Of a stretch of DNA of 64,000 nt, positions 52,249 through 63,446 are shown in pieces. The stretch's first letter is position 1. Every line of letters begins with the position of its first letter. Source of the stretch: an uncultured delta proteobacterium (GTDB taxonomy: Bacteria; Desulfobacterota; RBG-13-43-22); NCBI GenBank assembly GCA_963743305.1, contig CAVUPH010000013.1, positions 1 through 64,000 on the forward strand. Direction: 5' to 3'. Made by a program: the position numbers and the translations under genes. Below the pieces are notes generated by a model. The model searched no databases. It worked only from the letters and a program-made list of their open reading frames with translations, and had not been told where the DNA came from.

Positions 52249-53808
52249 ATGAACAATAGCCCCGCGCCCGTTCCCCAGGTCAATAAATGGCTCATTACCG
52301 TCACGGTCATGCTGCCGACGATTATCGAGATCCTGGATACCAGCGTAGCCAACGTGGCCCTGGGACACATGCAGGGCAGCCTGAGCGCCGGGTTGGACGA
52401 GGTGACCTGGGTCCTGACCTCCTATCTGGTCTCTAATGCCATCATTATCCCCATCACCGGGTGGCTGGCCAGCACCTTCGGTCGAAAAAACTACCTGATC
52501 TTTTCCCTGGGACTGTTTACCGTCAGCTCGCTCTTGTGCGGGGCCGCCCCCAACCTGCAAACCCTGATACTATTTCGGATACTCCAGGGGATCGGCGGCG
52601 GGGCCCTCCAGCCCCTGGCCCTGTCTATCCTCCTGGAGACCTTTCCGCCGAAAGAACACGGCATGGCCATGGCCGTCTATGGAGTCGGAATAGTCTTCGG
52701 CCCGATTCTGGGACCTTTGTTGGGGGGATACATTACCGACACCTGGAGCTGGCGCTGGATCTTTTATATCAACCTCCCTTTGGGCGGGCTGGCCATCCTG
52801 ATGACGTATTTCTTTATCTTCGATCCGTCCTATATCCGCAAGATCCAGACTAAAATCGACTATTGGGGCTTGGCGCTGCTTACCCTGGGATTGGGGGCCT
52901 TGCAGATTGTCCTGGATCGCGGGGAGCGGGAGGACTGGTTTGACTCCACATTTATCATCGGCCTTTCGATTGTGGCCATCGTTTGCCTGGCCTTATTCGT
53001 CTGGGTGGAAATCCGTCAGTCTTCTCCGGTGGTCCGGCTGCAGATTTTTAAGAATCGCTCCTTCAGCACCGGAAACCTCATTATGTTCTTGTGTTTTTTT
53101 GCCTTCTTCGGCAGCATCGTGCTGCTGCCCGTCTACCTGCAGAGTCTGATGGGCTACACGGCCTTTTTAGCCGGGTTTGTCCTCGGCCCCGGAGCACTTT
53201 CAACCTTGGTGATGATGCCTATCGTGGGACGGATGATCGGGAAGGTCGATTCGCGACTCATCCTGGGGTTTGGTATGCTGGTCAACGCTTACGCCCTCTA
53301 TCTCATGTCCAACTTTACCCTGAATGCCGACTTCTGGACCATTATCTGGCCTAGAATCCTTCAGGGCGTGGGGATCAGTTGTTTCTTCGTCCCCCTGTCC
53401 ACTTTGACCTTGTCCAGCATTTCTAAACCGGAGATGGGCAATGGCAGCGCCATATTCAACCTTTTGCGAAACCTGGGGGGTAGCTTCGGGGTGGCTTTCA
53501 TCACCACCATGCTTTCCCGCCGGACTCAGTTTCACCAGCACCATCTGGCCGAGGGCTTTTCGATTTTCGATTTCAAGCTGCAGCAGGCGCTACCGAATAT
53601 CCAGCAGTTTTTGCAGGGAGCCGGGATCGAAGGGACCACGGCCCGGCAGGGATCCCTGGAAACGCTCTACCGGCTACTGCAAAGGCAGGCGGCCATGTTG
53701 GGGTTCAATGATGTTTTTTGGCTGTTGAGTCTTTTTTTTCTCGGCCTGATTCCTTTTATTGTCCTCATCCGCCGGAGAAGGGATGCTATTGCCGGGATCG
53801 GCCACTAA
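52249..53808 (+). CDS. emrB: DHA2 MFS efflux permease
   Basis: ILDTSVANVAL, WVLTSYL, WRWIFYINLP and RNLGGSFG. Confidence 0.9.
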   Translation: MNNSPAPVPQVNKWLITVTVMLPTIIEILDTSVANVALGHMQGSLSAGLDEVTWVLTSYLVSNAIIIPITGWLASTFGRKNYLIFSLGLFTVSSLLCGAAPNLQTLILFRILQGIGGGALQPLALSILLETFPPKEHGMAMAVYGVGIVFGPILGPLLGGYITDTWSWRWIFYINLPLGGLAILMTYFFIFDPSYIRKIQTKIDYWGLALLTLGLGALQIVLDRGEREDWFDSTFIIGLSIVAIVCLALFVWVEIRQSSPVVRLQIFKNRSFSTGNLIMFLCFFAFFGSIVLLPVYLQSLMGYTAFLAGFVLGPGALSTLVMMPIVGRMIGKVDSRLILGFGMLVNAYALYLMSNFTLNADFWTIIWPRILQGVGISCFFVPLSTLTLSSISKPEMGNGSAIFNLLRNLGGSFGVAFITTMLSRRTQFHQHHLAEGFSIFDFKLQQALPNIQQFLQGAGIEGTTARQGSLETLYRLLQRQAAMLGFNDVFWLLSLFFLGLIPFIVLIRRRRDAIAGIGH

Positions 53809-53938
53809 GCCCGGGATAGCAGTTGACAGGCCGAAAAAAAATAAGGTATGATATCGGCCAGATTCGGAAAAAAATAAGCAACTCTGAGAAAGATAAACAA
53901 GCTAAAAACAACGCCGATAACTTTAGAATGAGAAAAAA

Positions 53939-54214
53939 ATGGACCAGGAAGAAGAAAAAATCATTGAGTTGCTTGAGGTGGTCAACGAGGGAAAACCTGT
54001 TTCTCCGTCGCCACCGGACCCCCCTCCCCAACGGCCTGACCTCCAATTGACCCCTGAATGGGAAGAGAAAATCGCCGACCTGGTTCATCGGGAAGTGGAG
54101 CGCCAGGTCCAGTTGACCGTTCAGGGGCGCCTGGATAACCTGGTTCGTGAGGTATTAGCCCGGGAAGCGGAAAAAGCGCTGGCTCGGGAAATAGAAGCCT
54201 TAAAAAAGTCCTGA
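53939..54214 (+). CDS. Small acidic protein, PopZ/DUF2497-like architecture
   Basis: IIELLEVV, Pro-rich linker and C-terminal helix ..AREIEALK; directly upstream of valS. Confidence 0.6.
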   Translation: MDQEEEKIIELLEVVNEGKPVSPSPPDPPPQRPDLQLTPEWEEKIADLVHREVERQVQLTVQGRLDNLVREVLAREAEKALAREIEALKKS

Positions 54215-54329
54215 CTAATTTTTTAAAACCAACGACGAATAGGTTGAAGGGGGGTTAAGGTATTAATCCCCTTTTATTTTAGGGGACCAAAATAACAAGC
54301 GGCCCTCACAGGTTTTCGGAGTGGATTTC

Positions 54330-56996
54330 ATGGACAAATTTCAACTTCCTAAAGGATACGAGCCTCAAGCGGTGGAGGCGGAACTCTATGCCCAATGGGT
54401 CGAAAAAGGGCTGTTTAAAGGTAACGTGGACGACCCCGCCCCCTCCTTTACCATGGTCATTCCGCCGCCTAACGTGACGGGGACGCTGCATATGGGTCAT
54501 GCCCTGAACACGACCCTGCAGGACATCCTTTGGCGCTACTATAAGATGAAAGGCCGAAACGTCCTCTGGATTCCGGGGACGGACCATGCCGGCATCGCCA
54601 CTCAAAACGTGGTGGAACGCATGCTGGCCCAGGAGGGCCTCCGGCGTCAGGATCTGGGCCGGGAGAAGTTCGTGGAAAAGGTCTGGGAATGGCGGGCCAA
54701 ATACGGGGGGCTGATCATCAACCAGCTCAAACGTCTGGGGGCTTCCTGCGACTGGAGCCGGGAGCGCTTTACTATGGACGAAGGCCTTTCCCGGGCGGTT
54801 CGAGAGGTCTTTGTCCGCCTGTACGGAGAGGGGCTCATTTACCGGGGGGATTACATCATCAACTGGTGTCCCCGTTGTCACACGGCCCTTTCCGACCTGG
54901 AAGTGGAACACGAGGGCCTGGAGGGCGGACTCTATCATATCCGCTACGCCCTGGTGGAGGGAGAAGGGGGGGTCATCGTGGCCACCACCCGGCCGGAAAC
55001 CATGCTGGGGGACACGGCGGTGGCCGTTCATCCCGAAGATCCCCGATACCAGGGACTGGCCGGGAAAATGGTCCATCTGCCCCTGACCGGTCGGTCGATT
55101 CCCATCATCGCCGATCCCTACGTGGATCAAAATTTCGGCACCGGGGCCTTGAAAATAACCCCGGCCCACGACTTGAACGACTTTGAGATCGGCCGCCGTC
55201 ACGACCTGCCCAGGATCAAGGTCATGGATGACGAGGGCCGCATGAATGAACAGGCCGGGGCCTACCGGGGGCTGGACCGTCTGGCCGCCCGACAGAAGGT
55301 CCTGGAGGATTTGAAGGGTTTGAACCTGTTGGAGAAGGTGGAGAAATACCAGCACAACGTGGGCCATTGTTATCGCTGCAAGACCGTGGTCGAACCCACC
55401 CTTTCCAAACAATGGTTTGTCCGGGTCGGGCCTTTGGCCCGCCGAGCCCTGGAGGCGGTACAAAAGGGCGAAACACAAATTTTTCCGGCGAATTGGGAAA
55501 AAACTTATTTTGAGTGGATGACCAATATCCGCGACTGGTGCATTTCCCGTCAGATCTGGTGGGGTCACCAGATTCCGGCCTGGTTCTGCCGGTCCTGCGG
55601 GGAGGTCACGGTGGCCCTGGAAGGGCCGGCGGCCTGCGCCTCCTGCGGATCGACCGACCTGGTTCAGGAAACGGATGTGCTGGACACCTGGTTCAGTTCG
55701 GCCCTCTGGCCTTTTTCCACTTTGGGCTGGCCGGAGCAAACCAGGGAGTTGCAGGTCTATTACCCCACCTCCGTCCTGGTGACCGGTTTCGACATCCTTT
55801 TTTTCTGGGTGGCCCGGATGATGATGATGGGTCTGCACTTCATGGGGAAGGTCCCGTTCACCCACGTCTATATCCATGCCTTGGTCCGGGATGCCGAGGG
55901 CCAGAAGATGAGCAAGTCCAAGGGGAACGTGATCGATCCCTTGACCGTCATGGATCAGTACGGGACCGATGCCTTTCGTTTTACCTTGGCCGCCCTGGCG
56001 GTCCAGGGCCGTGATATCAAGCTTTCCGAGGAGCGGATCGAGGGCTACCGCCATTTCGTCAATAAGATCTGGAACGCCGCCCGTTTTTGCGGTCCTCACC
56101 TGGAAGGGTTGGGGCCGGAAGACCTGCAATCCAGTGAGCCGCTGCCGACCGATGAAGTCAACCGCTGGATGATCAGCCGGGTGGGCCGAGTTATTCAGGC
56201 GCTGGAGGAGGGGATTGAAAAGTACCGTTTCAACGAAGCGGCTTATGAACTCTATCATTTTGTCTGGCATGAATTCTGCGACTGGTACCTGGAAATGATT
56301 AAACCGGTCCTCTACCAGGCCGAAGACAGCCGGGATCGGCAGGCCACCCGTCTGACCCTGCTCCGGTGTTTCGCCGCCATCCTGCGGCTGGTGCATCCCT
56401 TTATGCCCTTTGTCAGCGAGAAGCTCTGGCAAACCCTGATGCGGACCTCGGATAGCATCTTGCAGGCGGGTTGGCCCGAGGCCGCTGATTTTCCGGAAGA
56501 TTCGTCCGCTGAAGACCATATGGGCCTGGTCCAGGGGCTTATTTATGAGATCCGCAATATCCGGGGAGAGATGAATATCCCGCCCTCCAAAAATGTTGAG
56601 ATCTGGCTGCGCTGCCCGGGACCGGTCCAAGAGGAACTCATTCAGGGATATCAGGAAAACGTATTGATACTCACCAAAGGGTCCAGCCTTACGTTTTTAG
56701 GAGCCCTGCAGGGTCCACCGGATACGGCTATTTCGGGGGTCTATCAGGGAATTGAAATTTTTATCCCCCTGAAAGATATTCTTCAGTTTGAGGAGGAATT
56801 GAAACGGCTGGAAAAGGAGATTCAAAAAACCAGGAAGGACTGGCAGCAAACGGAAAAGAAGTTGTCCAACGAGGATTTCCTCCAGAAGGCCCCGGCGGAG
56901 GTTATCCAGAAAGAAAAAGAAAAGGTTCAGGTCTCAGGAAAGAAAATGGAAAAGCTGGAAGGGCATGTGAAACGCCTGAAAGCGCTGATGGCCTAA
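54330..56996 (+). CDS. valS: Valine--tRNA ligase
   Basis: [20 protein letters not shown] and KMSKS. Confidence 0.98.
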   Translation: MDKFQLPKGYEPQAVEAELYAQWVEKGLFKGNVDDPAPSFTMVIPPPNVTGTLHMGHALNTTLQDILWRYYKMKGRNVLWIPGTDHAGIATQNVVERMLAQEGLRRQDLGREKFVEKVWEWRAKYGGLIINQLKRLGASCDWSRERFTMDEGLSRAVREVFVRLYGEGLIYRGDYIINWCPRCHTALSDLEVEHEGLEGGLYHIRYALVEGEGGVIVATTRPETMLGDTAVAVHPEDPRYQGLAGKMVHLPLTGRSIPIIADPYVDQNFGTGALKITPAHDLNDFEIGRRHDLPRIKVMDDEGRMNEQAGAYRGLDRLAARQKVLEDLKGLNLLEKVEKYQHNVGHCYRCKTVVEPTLSKQWFVRVGPLARRALEAVQKGETQIFPANWEKTYFEWMTNIRDWCISRQIWWGHQIPAWFCRSCGEVTVALEGPAACASCGSTDLVQETDVLDTWFSSALWPFSTLGWPEQTRELQVYYPTSVLVTGFDILFFWVARMMMMGLHFMGKVPFTHVYIHALVRDAEGQKMSKSKGNVIDPLTVMDQYGTDAFRFTLAALAVQGRDIKLSEERIEGYRHFVNKIWNAARFCGPHLEGLGPEDLQSSEPLPTDEVNRWMISRVGRVIQALEEGIEKYRFNEAAYELYHFVWHEFCDWYLEMIKPVLYQAEDSRDRQATRLTLLRCFAAILRLVHPFMPFVSEKLWQTLMRTSDSILQAGWPEAADFPEDSSAEDHMGLVQGLIYEIRNIRGEMNIPPSKNVEIWLRCPGPVQEELIQGYQENVLILTKGSSLTFLGALQGPPDTAISGVYQGIEIFIPLKDILQFEEELKRLEKEIQKTRKDWQQTEKKLSNEDFLQKAPAEVIQKEKEKVQVSGKKMEKLEGHVKRLKALMA

Positions 56997-57002
56997 CCAA
57001 AA

Positions 57003-57180
57003 ATATTTGAATATCCAATTCCAACAAGGAATGTCCAATATCCAAGTAGGGATTTTGGCTTGGTCAATAATCGCGAGCAGATAGGTTTGCCGGCTTGCTT
57101 TCCCTAATCGCCACGGTCCAGCCAGTCGAAGGGTTATCCCTTCGACATTGGAGATTCCTTGTTGGATATTGGAATTCGTT
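57003..57180. repeat. Heptamer-type inverted repeat between valS and proC
   Basis: AATATCCAATTCCAACAAGGAATGTCCAATATC / GACATTGGAGATTCCTTGTTGGATATTGGAATT. Confidence 0.7.
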
Positions 57181-57199
57181 TTTATCGTTTTTGGGTAAT

Positions 57200-58022
57200 T
57201 TAAGAAGGCTGCTCCCGCAGTTCTCGGGACCTTCGGGTGGCCGCCTCGACGGCGTTCATCAGGATGCCCCGCAGCCCCGCTTTTTCCATTTCGTGAAGCC
57301 CGGCTATGGTCGTTCCCCCGGGGGAAGTGACCATATCTTTTAATTGTCCGAAGGTCAGGTTGGATTCCCGGGCCAGGGCGCTGGCCCCATACACCGTTTC
57401 CAGCGCCAGTTTCGAGGCTATGGGACGCGGCAGACCCATTTTGACCCCGGCGTCCGACAGGGCCTCCAGGATCACAAAGACATAGGCCGGGCCGCTGCCC
57501 GACAAGCCGGTAACGGCATCGAACAGGGATTCATCCAGGCGGACCGTTTCTCCCACCGCCTTAAACAGGGATTCAGCCAGTTGGAAATCGTCCTCCCGAG
57601 CCGTTTCATTTCGGCACAAAGCGCTGATGCCGGCCTTGACCAAGGCCGGGGTATTGGGCATGACCCGGACGAGGCGGGGAGGGGAGGGAAAGGGTCGGGC
57701 CAGTTGGTCCAAGGTTATGCCGGCGGCTATGGAGACCAGCAGTTTCTCCGGAGACCAGAGGGGGACGAGCGCCTTCAGCGCCTTGGGGATCTGCTGGGGT
57801 TTGACGGCCAAAATCACCACCCGGCTGGGTTCCACTACCGGACCGGCAGTCGAGGCGGTCTGGACACCATAGGTTTTCTTTAAATAGGCCAGTCGATCCT
57901 GCAGGACATCAACCACCCGGCATTGACCGGCCGACAGGGTCCTTCCCTTGAAGGAGTCCCTTGATCAGGGCCTCGGCCATATTTCCGCCGCCGATAAATC
58001 CAACCTGGACTTTTTTAGCCAT
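57200..58022 (-). CDS. proC: Pyrroline-5-carboxylate reductase (frameshift near 57950)
   Basis: GFIGGGNMAEA, LAVKPQ, RVMPNTP, SGSGPAY and SPGGTT. Confidence 0.95.
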
Positions 58023-58149
58023 CGGTTCCCCCTATCCTTCTTCGGCTATCGTTGGTCCCGTTTATCTCGTTTATTTGGTTTTCAAAACGAAACAAACCAG
58101 AAAAACGAAACAAACCAAATAAACGTTGGGCGCTTTGCGCCCTGCGCCT

Positions 58150-59232
58150 TCAAACGGCCGATTTTTCCGTCAAATAATCCTGCTTGTAGATTTCAAAAAG
58201 GGTCATCAGAAAAGACAGGACCACCGGCCCTAAGATAAAACCAAGAAATCCGAAATACATGATTCCGCCCAGAACGCTCAAAAAGGTCAGCAGAGGATGG
58301 AGATTGGCATCCCCTTTCAGCAGAGCCGGCCGGAGGATGTTGTCGGCCCCGGAGATGATCAGGGTCCCCCAGAGGGCCAGGCCGATGGCCATCCAGACGG
58401 AGGAGGCCAAAGCCAGATAGATGGCGGCCGGGACCCAGATGATGCCGGTTCCCACCAGGGGGACAACCGAACTGAAGACCATGCAGACCCCCCAAAAGGC
58501 GGCCGAGGGGATACCGAAGATCCAAAAGCCGATGCCCCCCAGCAGCCCTTGAACAAAGGCCACAATGATGGACCCTTTCAGGGTGGCCTTGATGGTCCGC
58601 TCCAACTGCTCCAGGATGCGGTCACCGTGGGCCTCTTCCAGAGGATTAAGTGCTTTGATTTCCTTTAAAAATTTTTCGCCATCGATAATCAGGAAGAAAC
58701 TGATGAAGAGCGTAATGATGATGTTTACCAGGAAACCGATGAAACCTTTGGCAAAGCCGGTCATTTGGGTATAAACGAAGTCAGACAGGGATTTTACTAG
58801 GTTGCCCACATGGCTCCAAATCTCGACGGAATAGCCATAATAACTTAAAGGCTTCAAGAGCCGGTCCAAGGCGTCAACCTGGGATTCCAGGGCTTTCTCC
58901 AAGGTCCCTTTTTGCAGGCCCTGGGTAATGGATTGATAGAGATCGAAGGATTGCTGGGTAATAACCCCGGAAAGAAGGACCACCGGTATCAGGAAAACCA
59001 GCATGACCAGCAGAATGGTTACCAGGCCGGCGGGAATCCGGCGTCCTCGAAAAACCCTCAACAACTTCTTAAAAATCGGATAAAAAACCAGGGAAATCAG
59101 GATGGAAATGAATATGTCGTTTAAAAAAGGTCTGATGATTAAAAAAAAGAGATAAAGTACTCCGAGGAGAAAAATGATCAAGATAAACTTGGGGACGGTA
59201 TTTTCGTTTTGAGGAAATCGCGGCCAGGGCAT
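58150..59232 (-). CDS. AI-2E family transporter
   Basis: DNILRP..HPLL..GG..FGFLGFILGP. Confidence 0.9.
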   Translation of the reverse strand: MPWPRFPQNENTVPKFILIIFLLGVLYLFFLIIRPFLNDIFISILISLVFYPIFKKLLRVFRGRRIPAGLVTILLVMLVFLIPVVLLSGVITQQSFDLYQSITQGLQKGTLEKALESQVDALDRLLKPLSYYGYSVEIWSHVGNLVKSLSDFVYTQMTGFAKGFIGFLVNIIITLFISFFLIIDGEKFLKEIKALNPLEEAHGDRILEQLERTIKATLKGSIIVAFVQGLLGGIGFWIFGIPSAAFWGVCMVFSSVVPLVGTGIIWVPAAIYLALASSVWMAIGLALWGTLIISGADNILRPALLKGDANLHPLLTFLSVLGGIMYFGFLGFILGPVVLSFLMTLFEIYKQDYLTEKSAV

Positions 59233-59256
59233 AAGCTTAAGTCTCTAGCGGTTCGA

Positions 59257-59562
59257 CTATTCGCCGCCGCCGGTCCAGGCCTTCTTGAGACCCTTCCCCA
59301 TGTTCTTGAATCCCTTGCCGATCCCCTGACCCAAGTCCTTGAAGCCTTCCCCGATTTCTTTTCCGCCTTCCTTAATCTTGGCCTTGGGGGAAGAACCGGA
59401 TTTGGATTTCTTTTTGACTTTCGGACCGGGAGATGGGGTGGTCTCCGCTTGAACCGTTTCTTTCCCGGTGGCCGGATCAAGGGGTTGGCTCTGAGCCCAG
59501 GAAAGGGTTGCTCCTAATAAACAAAGGGCGGAAATCAAAAGCAGGAATAACAGCCGTTTCAT
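59257..59562 (-). CDS. Small secreted Lys/Gly-rich protein
   Basis: Signal peptide and 11-residue amphipathic repeats GKEIGEGFKDL. Confidence 0.65.
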   Translation of the reverse strand: MKRLLFLLLISALCLLGATLSWAQSQPLDPATGKETVQAETTPSPGPKVKKKSKSGSSPKAKIKEGGKEIGEGFKDLGQGIGKGFKNMGKGLKKAWTGGGE

Positions 59563-59685
59563 GTCTTTCTCCCTGTTTGGCAATGACCAGCCGGGGTAAT
59601 TTTTTCGAAACCTTCAGGCTACTAAAAATACAATTATACTCGGGTTATTTTCCCTTAGCAACCGGTTTTGAATTATAATAATCCC

Positions 59686-60699
59686 ATGAATCCCCTTTTT
59701 CATCCCCAACTGGTAAACGGCCCTTGGGGAGACCCGGTCTTGTATATCGAACTTAAATTTGACCGGAGGGCCATCCTTTTTGATTTGGGAGAAGTGCGCC
59801 TTATCCCGACCCGGAAACTGCTAAAAGTGACCCATGTTTTTATTTCGCACACCCATCTGGACCATTTCATCGGGTTCGATCATCTCTTGCGGGTTTTTCT
59901 GGGCAGGGAAAAGACGGTTTATTTTTACGGGCCGCCGCAGTTTATCGATCAATTGGAATCCAAGCTTCGGGCCTATACCTGGAACCTGGTGGAAAATTAC
60001 GCTAATAATCTGCTCCTGATCGCCTATGAAATACATCCGGATCGGGTGCTGGAGGCCCATTTCCCTATTGGAAAAGCTTTTCGAAAATCCGGCCTTCGAG
60101 AAACGATCAAGCCCTTTGATGGCCGGCTTCACGAAGAGGAGGCCTTCCAAATCCAGTCCGTATTCCTGGATCACAAAATTCCCAGCCTGGCCTTCTCCCT
60201 GGAGGAACGCTGTCATCTGAACATCCTGAAGACCGGCCTGGCGGAAATGAACCTACCCCGGGGTTTATGGCTGAAAGGACTTAAGGAGGCCATCTGGCGC
60301 GGAGAAAAGGCTGATTTTCCGGTGCGGGTCTGGGGCCAGGACCGGGATGGCTTCCCGGAAGGTACTTTCCCCTTAGGGCGCCTGAAAAAAAAATTGATTA
60401 AAATCACGGCCGGTCAGAAGATCGGGTATCTGGTGGATACGGTCCTCAATGAGAAAACCGAAAAGGACATGGTGAACCTGGCCCGGGGATCGGATCTCCT
60501 GTTTATTGAGGCGGCTTTTCTTGATCAAGACCGGGAGAGTGCCCGGGATAAATGCCACTTGACCGCGGCCCAGGCCGGGAGGGTGGCCCGGCAGGCCGGG
60601 GTAAAACGGATGATCCCCATCCATTATTCTCCGAAATATTCACGGAATCCGGAAATCCTCGAAAAGGAAGCCCTGGACTCTTTTCAGGGACGTATCTGA
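59686..60699 (+). CDS. Ribonuclease Z-like metallo-beta-lactamase
   Basis: SHTHLDHFIG, LDH, HLTA and HYSPKY. Confidence 0.8.
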   Translation: MNPLFHPQLVNGPWGDPVLYIELKFDRRAILFDLGEVRLIPTRKLLKVTHVFISHTHLDHFIGFDHLLRVFLGREKTVYFYGPPQFIDQLESKLRAYTWNLVENYANNLLLIAYEIHPDRVLEAHFPIGKAFRKSGLRETIKPFDGRLHEEEAFQIQSVFLDHKIPSLAFSLEERCHLNILKTGLAEMNLPRGLWLKGLKEAIWRGEKADFPVRVWGQDRDGFPEGTFPLGRLKKKLIKITAGQKIGYLVDTVLNEKTEKDMVNLARGSDLLFIEAAFLDQDRESARDKCHLTAAQAGRVARQAGVKRMIPIHYSPKYSRNPEILEKEALDSFQGRI

Positions 60700-60954
60700 A
60701 GAGACGCCCCATAGCCACCGGTCGGGCGGGTACCCCCCTGCCAGGTTAGGGCGCCAAAAGCTGGCGGCTGTGGAGCCCGTTCTGCTACTGATGGACATTA
60801 ATAATTAATAATCAAGGGGAAAGGCATAAAAAACGGTGGTCGATTATCATTTAGATACTAAACCGCTCTCGGCCGCCCATCCGGAAGGACGAACAACCAA
60901 AAAGGCTTTAACCCGGAGTCGGATTCTGATATAAGGAGAAGGGGAGGATAGCCC

Positions 60955-61296
60955 ATGGAATTCGATCAACGCCCTTGGGGTAATTATCAGGTATTGGCCG
61001 ATGAACCGGATCACAAGGTCAAAAGGATCGTGGTCTATCCGGGAAAGCGTTTGAGCCTGCAGCGGCATCAACAGCGGGCCGAACACTGGTATTTGATTGC
61101 CGGGCAGGCTCTGGTGACCCTGGACCAGGAAAAGGTTCCTTTACAATTAGGACAGGCGGTGGATATCCCCCGGGGGGCCAGACACCGGATAGAGAACACG
61201 GGCCCGCAGGATGTGGTTTTTATTGAAGTGCAGACCGGAGACTATTTCGAAGAAGACGATATTGAACGATTCGAGGACGATTACGGACGGGTTTAA
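60955..61296 (+). CDS. Type II mannose-6-phosphate isomerase C-terminal cupin
   Basis: RPWG, LSLQRHQQRAEHW and EVQTG..EDDIERFEDDYGR. Confidence 0.92.
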   Translation: MEFDQRPWGNYQVLADEPDHKVKRIVVYPGKRLSLQRHQQRAEHWYLIAGQALVTLDQEKVPLQLGQAVDIPRGARHRIENTGPQDVVFIEVQTGDYFEEDDIERFEDDYGRV

Positions 61297-61343
61297 TTCA
61301 AAACGGATGCTGGATAAAGACAAAAACCGATCCCGGATACTGG

Positions 61344-62042
61344 ATGAGCGACAATAATTCCATAATGGACCCTACCTACCTCAATCCCACGGCCATCCTG
61401 GACAGCGACCACCCCAGGATTGTGGAATATGCCCGGGAAGTGGCCGGCGAAGCTCGGGATCCGGTGGAACAGGCGATGCGGATTTATTACGCCGTCCGGG
61501 ACGGGGTCCGTTACGACCCATATTATCCCTTTTATCTCCCCGAACACTATCGGGCGAGCAATGTCCTGGCCAGCGGTCGGGGCTATTGCGTTAGCAAAGC
61601 TTCCCTCCTGTGCGCCTTAGGGCGGGCCCTGGGCATTCCCTCCCGAGTGGGGTTTGCCACGGTTCGCAATCACCTGGCCACAAAGCAATTGATAGAATTT
61701 CTCGGCTCGGATCTGTTTGTTTATCACGGCTATACCGATTTCTATCTAGAGGGGAAGTGGGTTAAGGCGACGCCGGCCTTCAATAGAGAGTTGTGCCTTC
61801 GGCATCGGGTTGCTCCGCTGGAATTCAACGGACGGGAGGATTCGATTTTCCAACCCTTTAATCACGAAAACAACCGCTTTATGGAATACCTGGACTTCCT
61901 CGGCACCTATGACGATATCCCGGTGGAAGTAATTGTTCAGGCTTGGGAAGAGGCCTACGGGCTTGATCGGGTCCAAGGCTGGATCGCCGGTTTCGAGTCC
62001 CAGAAACGGAAACGGGATTTCTATCAAGAAGAAGTAATCTAA
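61344..62042 (+). CDS. Transglutaminase-like protein
   Basis: GYCVSKA, HG and WVKATP. Confidence 0.88.
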   Translation: MSDNNSIMDPTYLNPTAILDSDHPRIVEYAREVAGEARDPVEQAMRIYYAVRDGVRYDPYYPFYLPEHYRASNVLASGRGYCVSKASLLCALGRALGIPSRVGFATVRNHLATKQLIEFLGSDLFVYHGYTDFYLEGKWVKATPAFNRELCLRHRVAPLEFNGREDSIFQPFNHENNRFMEYLDFLGTYDDIPVEVIVQAWEEAYGLDRVQGWIAGFESQKRKRDFYQEEVI

Positions 62043-62064
62043 GAACAATGGAGGTAGTGGAACC

Positions 62065-62955
62065 ATGGCGGCAACGGCACTGATGGAAACCAATTTCCCA
62101 AACCTGAACCTGGTTAACCGGGGCAAGGTCCGGGATATTTATGATTTGGGAGAGCAGCTTTTGATCGTGGCCACGGACCGGATTTCAGCCTTTGACGTGG
62201 TCATGCCCAACCCCATCCCGGGCAAGGGGCGAATATTGACCCGGTTATCCAAGTTCTGGTTTTCTCACATGGCCTCTCTGGTGCCCAATCACCTGATCAC
62301 CACGGAGGTAAAGGATTTTCCAGCCTCCTGTCAACCCTATGAGGATGACCTGACGGGCCGAAGTATGCTGGTTAAAAAGGCCGCTCCGCTCCCGGTGGAA
62401 TGTATCGTCCGCGGTTATCTTTCCGGTTCGGGCTGGAAGGATTACCAGCAGACGGGCCAAATCTGCGGGATTGCTTTGCCGGAGGGTTTGAAGGAATCCG
62501 ACCGGCTGGACCAGCCCATTTTTACCCCCTCCACCAAAGCGGAGTCCGGGACCCACGATGAAAATATCCCGGTTGATGAGGTGGTCCGGAAACTGGGACC
62601 AACCGTGGCAGACCGGTTGGCCACGGTCAGCCTGGCGGTTTATGAAAAAGCCCGGCGTCTCGGGGAAGAAAAAGGGATCATCATTGCCGACACCAAATTT
62701 GAATTCGGTTTTCAGAACGACGAGCTCCTTTTAATCGACGAGGTCCTGACGCCGGATTCCTCCCGTTTCTGGCCCCGAGACCAATACCGCCCCGGAGGAC
62801 CGCAGGTCAGTTTCGATAAACAGTTTCTACGGGATTATCTGGAATCGCTTCACTGGGACAAGAAACCACCGGCCCCGCCGCTCCCGGCGGATATCATCGA
62901 GAAGACCCGCGCCAAATACGAAGAGGCCCTGCGGATATTTACCGGGTCTGCTTAA
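62065..62955 (+). CDS. purC: SAICAR synthetase
   Basis: [22 protein letters not shown] and [12 protein letters not shown]. Confidence 0.97.
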   Translation: MAATALMETNFPNLNLVNRGKVRDIYDLGEQLLIVATDRISAFDVVMPNPIPGKGRILTRLSKFWFSHMASLVPNHLITTEVKDFPASCQPYEDDLTGRSMLVKKAAPLPVECIVRGYLSGSGWKDYQQTGQICGIALPEGLKESDRLDQPIFTPSTKAESGTHDENIPVDEVVRKLGPTVADRLATVSLAVYEKARRLGEEKGIIIADTKFEFGFQNDELLLIDEVLTPDSSRFWPRDQYRPGGPQVSFDKQFLRDYLESLHWDKKPPAPPLPADIIEKTRAKYEEALRIFTGSA

Positions 62956-63154
62956 AGCGTCGAATGGAGCGGTCATAGGTTTTCTCCACCTCCGGGGTGA
63001 AATAACAGGCCGGCAGCTCCCCATGGCGGCGATGGTAATGGAGACACTGGCAGCAGAGTCCCTTCCTTTCGCAACCGGCATAGGTGCAATTGCAGTGTGT
63101 TAAGTTTTCCTTGACGTTCGGGCATTGTTCCCGCATCTGGGCGTAGTTCGTCAT
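62939..63154 (-). CDS. Small Cys-rich protein (DUF6485-like)
   Basis: [17 protein letters not shown]...ELPACYF..EKTYDRS. Confidence 0.8.
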   Translation of the reverse strand: MTNYAQMREQCPNVKENLTHCNCTYAGCERKGLCCQCLHYHRRHGELPACYFTPEVEKTYDRSIRRFKQTR

Positions 63155-63292
63155 GTGCAGCTCCTCCCGGGAAGTTTTTTGTTTGGGAATATATCATCCC
63201 CTCCTCCCAATATTCAACCTGGAATACCCGGGGATTTAACCCTCCAGGCCCGGGATGGGCGCCCCGAAGCCTGAAAATAGAATGGTATACGG

Positions 63293-63389
63293 GTCATTGC
63301 GAGGGGCGAAGTGACAAAGCAATCCCCCCATTGAGCTTGGGGATCGTTGCAGGCAAACTGGGGGATTGCTTCGCCTCGCTCGCAATGAC
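63293..63389. repeat. Stand-alone GTCATTGCGAG...CTCGCAATGAC palindrome
   Basis: Same family as the type B cargo, without outer TIRs. Confidence 0.8.
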
Positions 63390-63446
63390 AGGCGTGTGCG
63401 GTGGCATTTTCGTATTAAGTGGTCACCCTGAAAGGAAAAGCGTCCT

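Noticed and set aside
54306-56630. 774-aa minus-strand ORF
   Set aside because: Antisense shadow of valS with no motifs.
57200-58022. Programmed frameshifting or pseudogene status for proC and the other split genes
   Set aside because: Indels are scattered across unrelated genes in both segments, so sequencing error is the simpler explanation.
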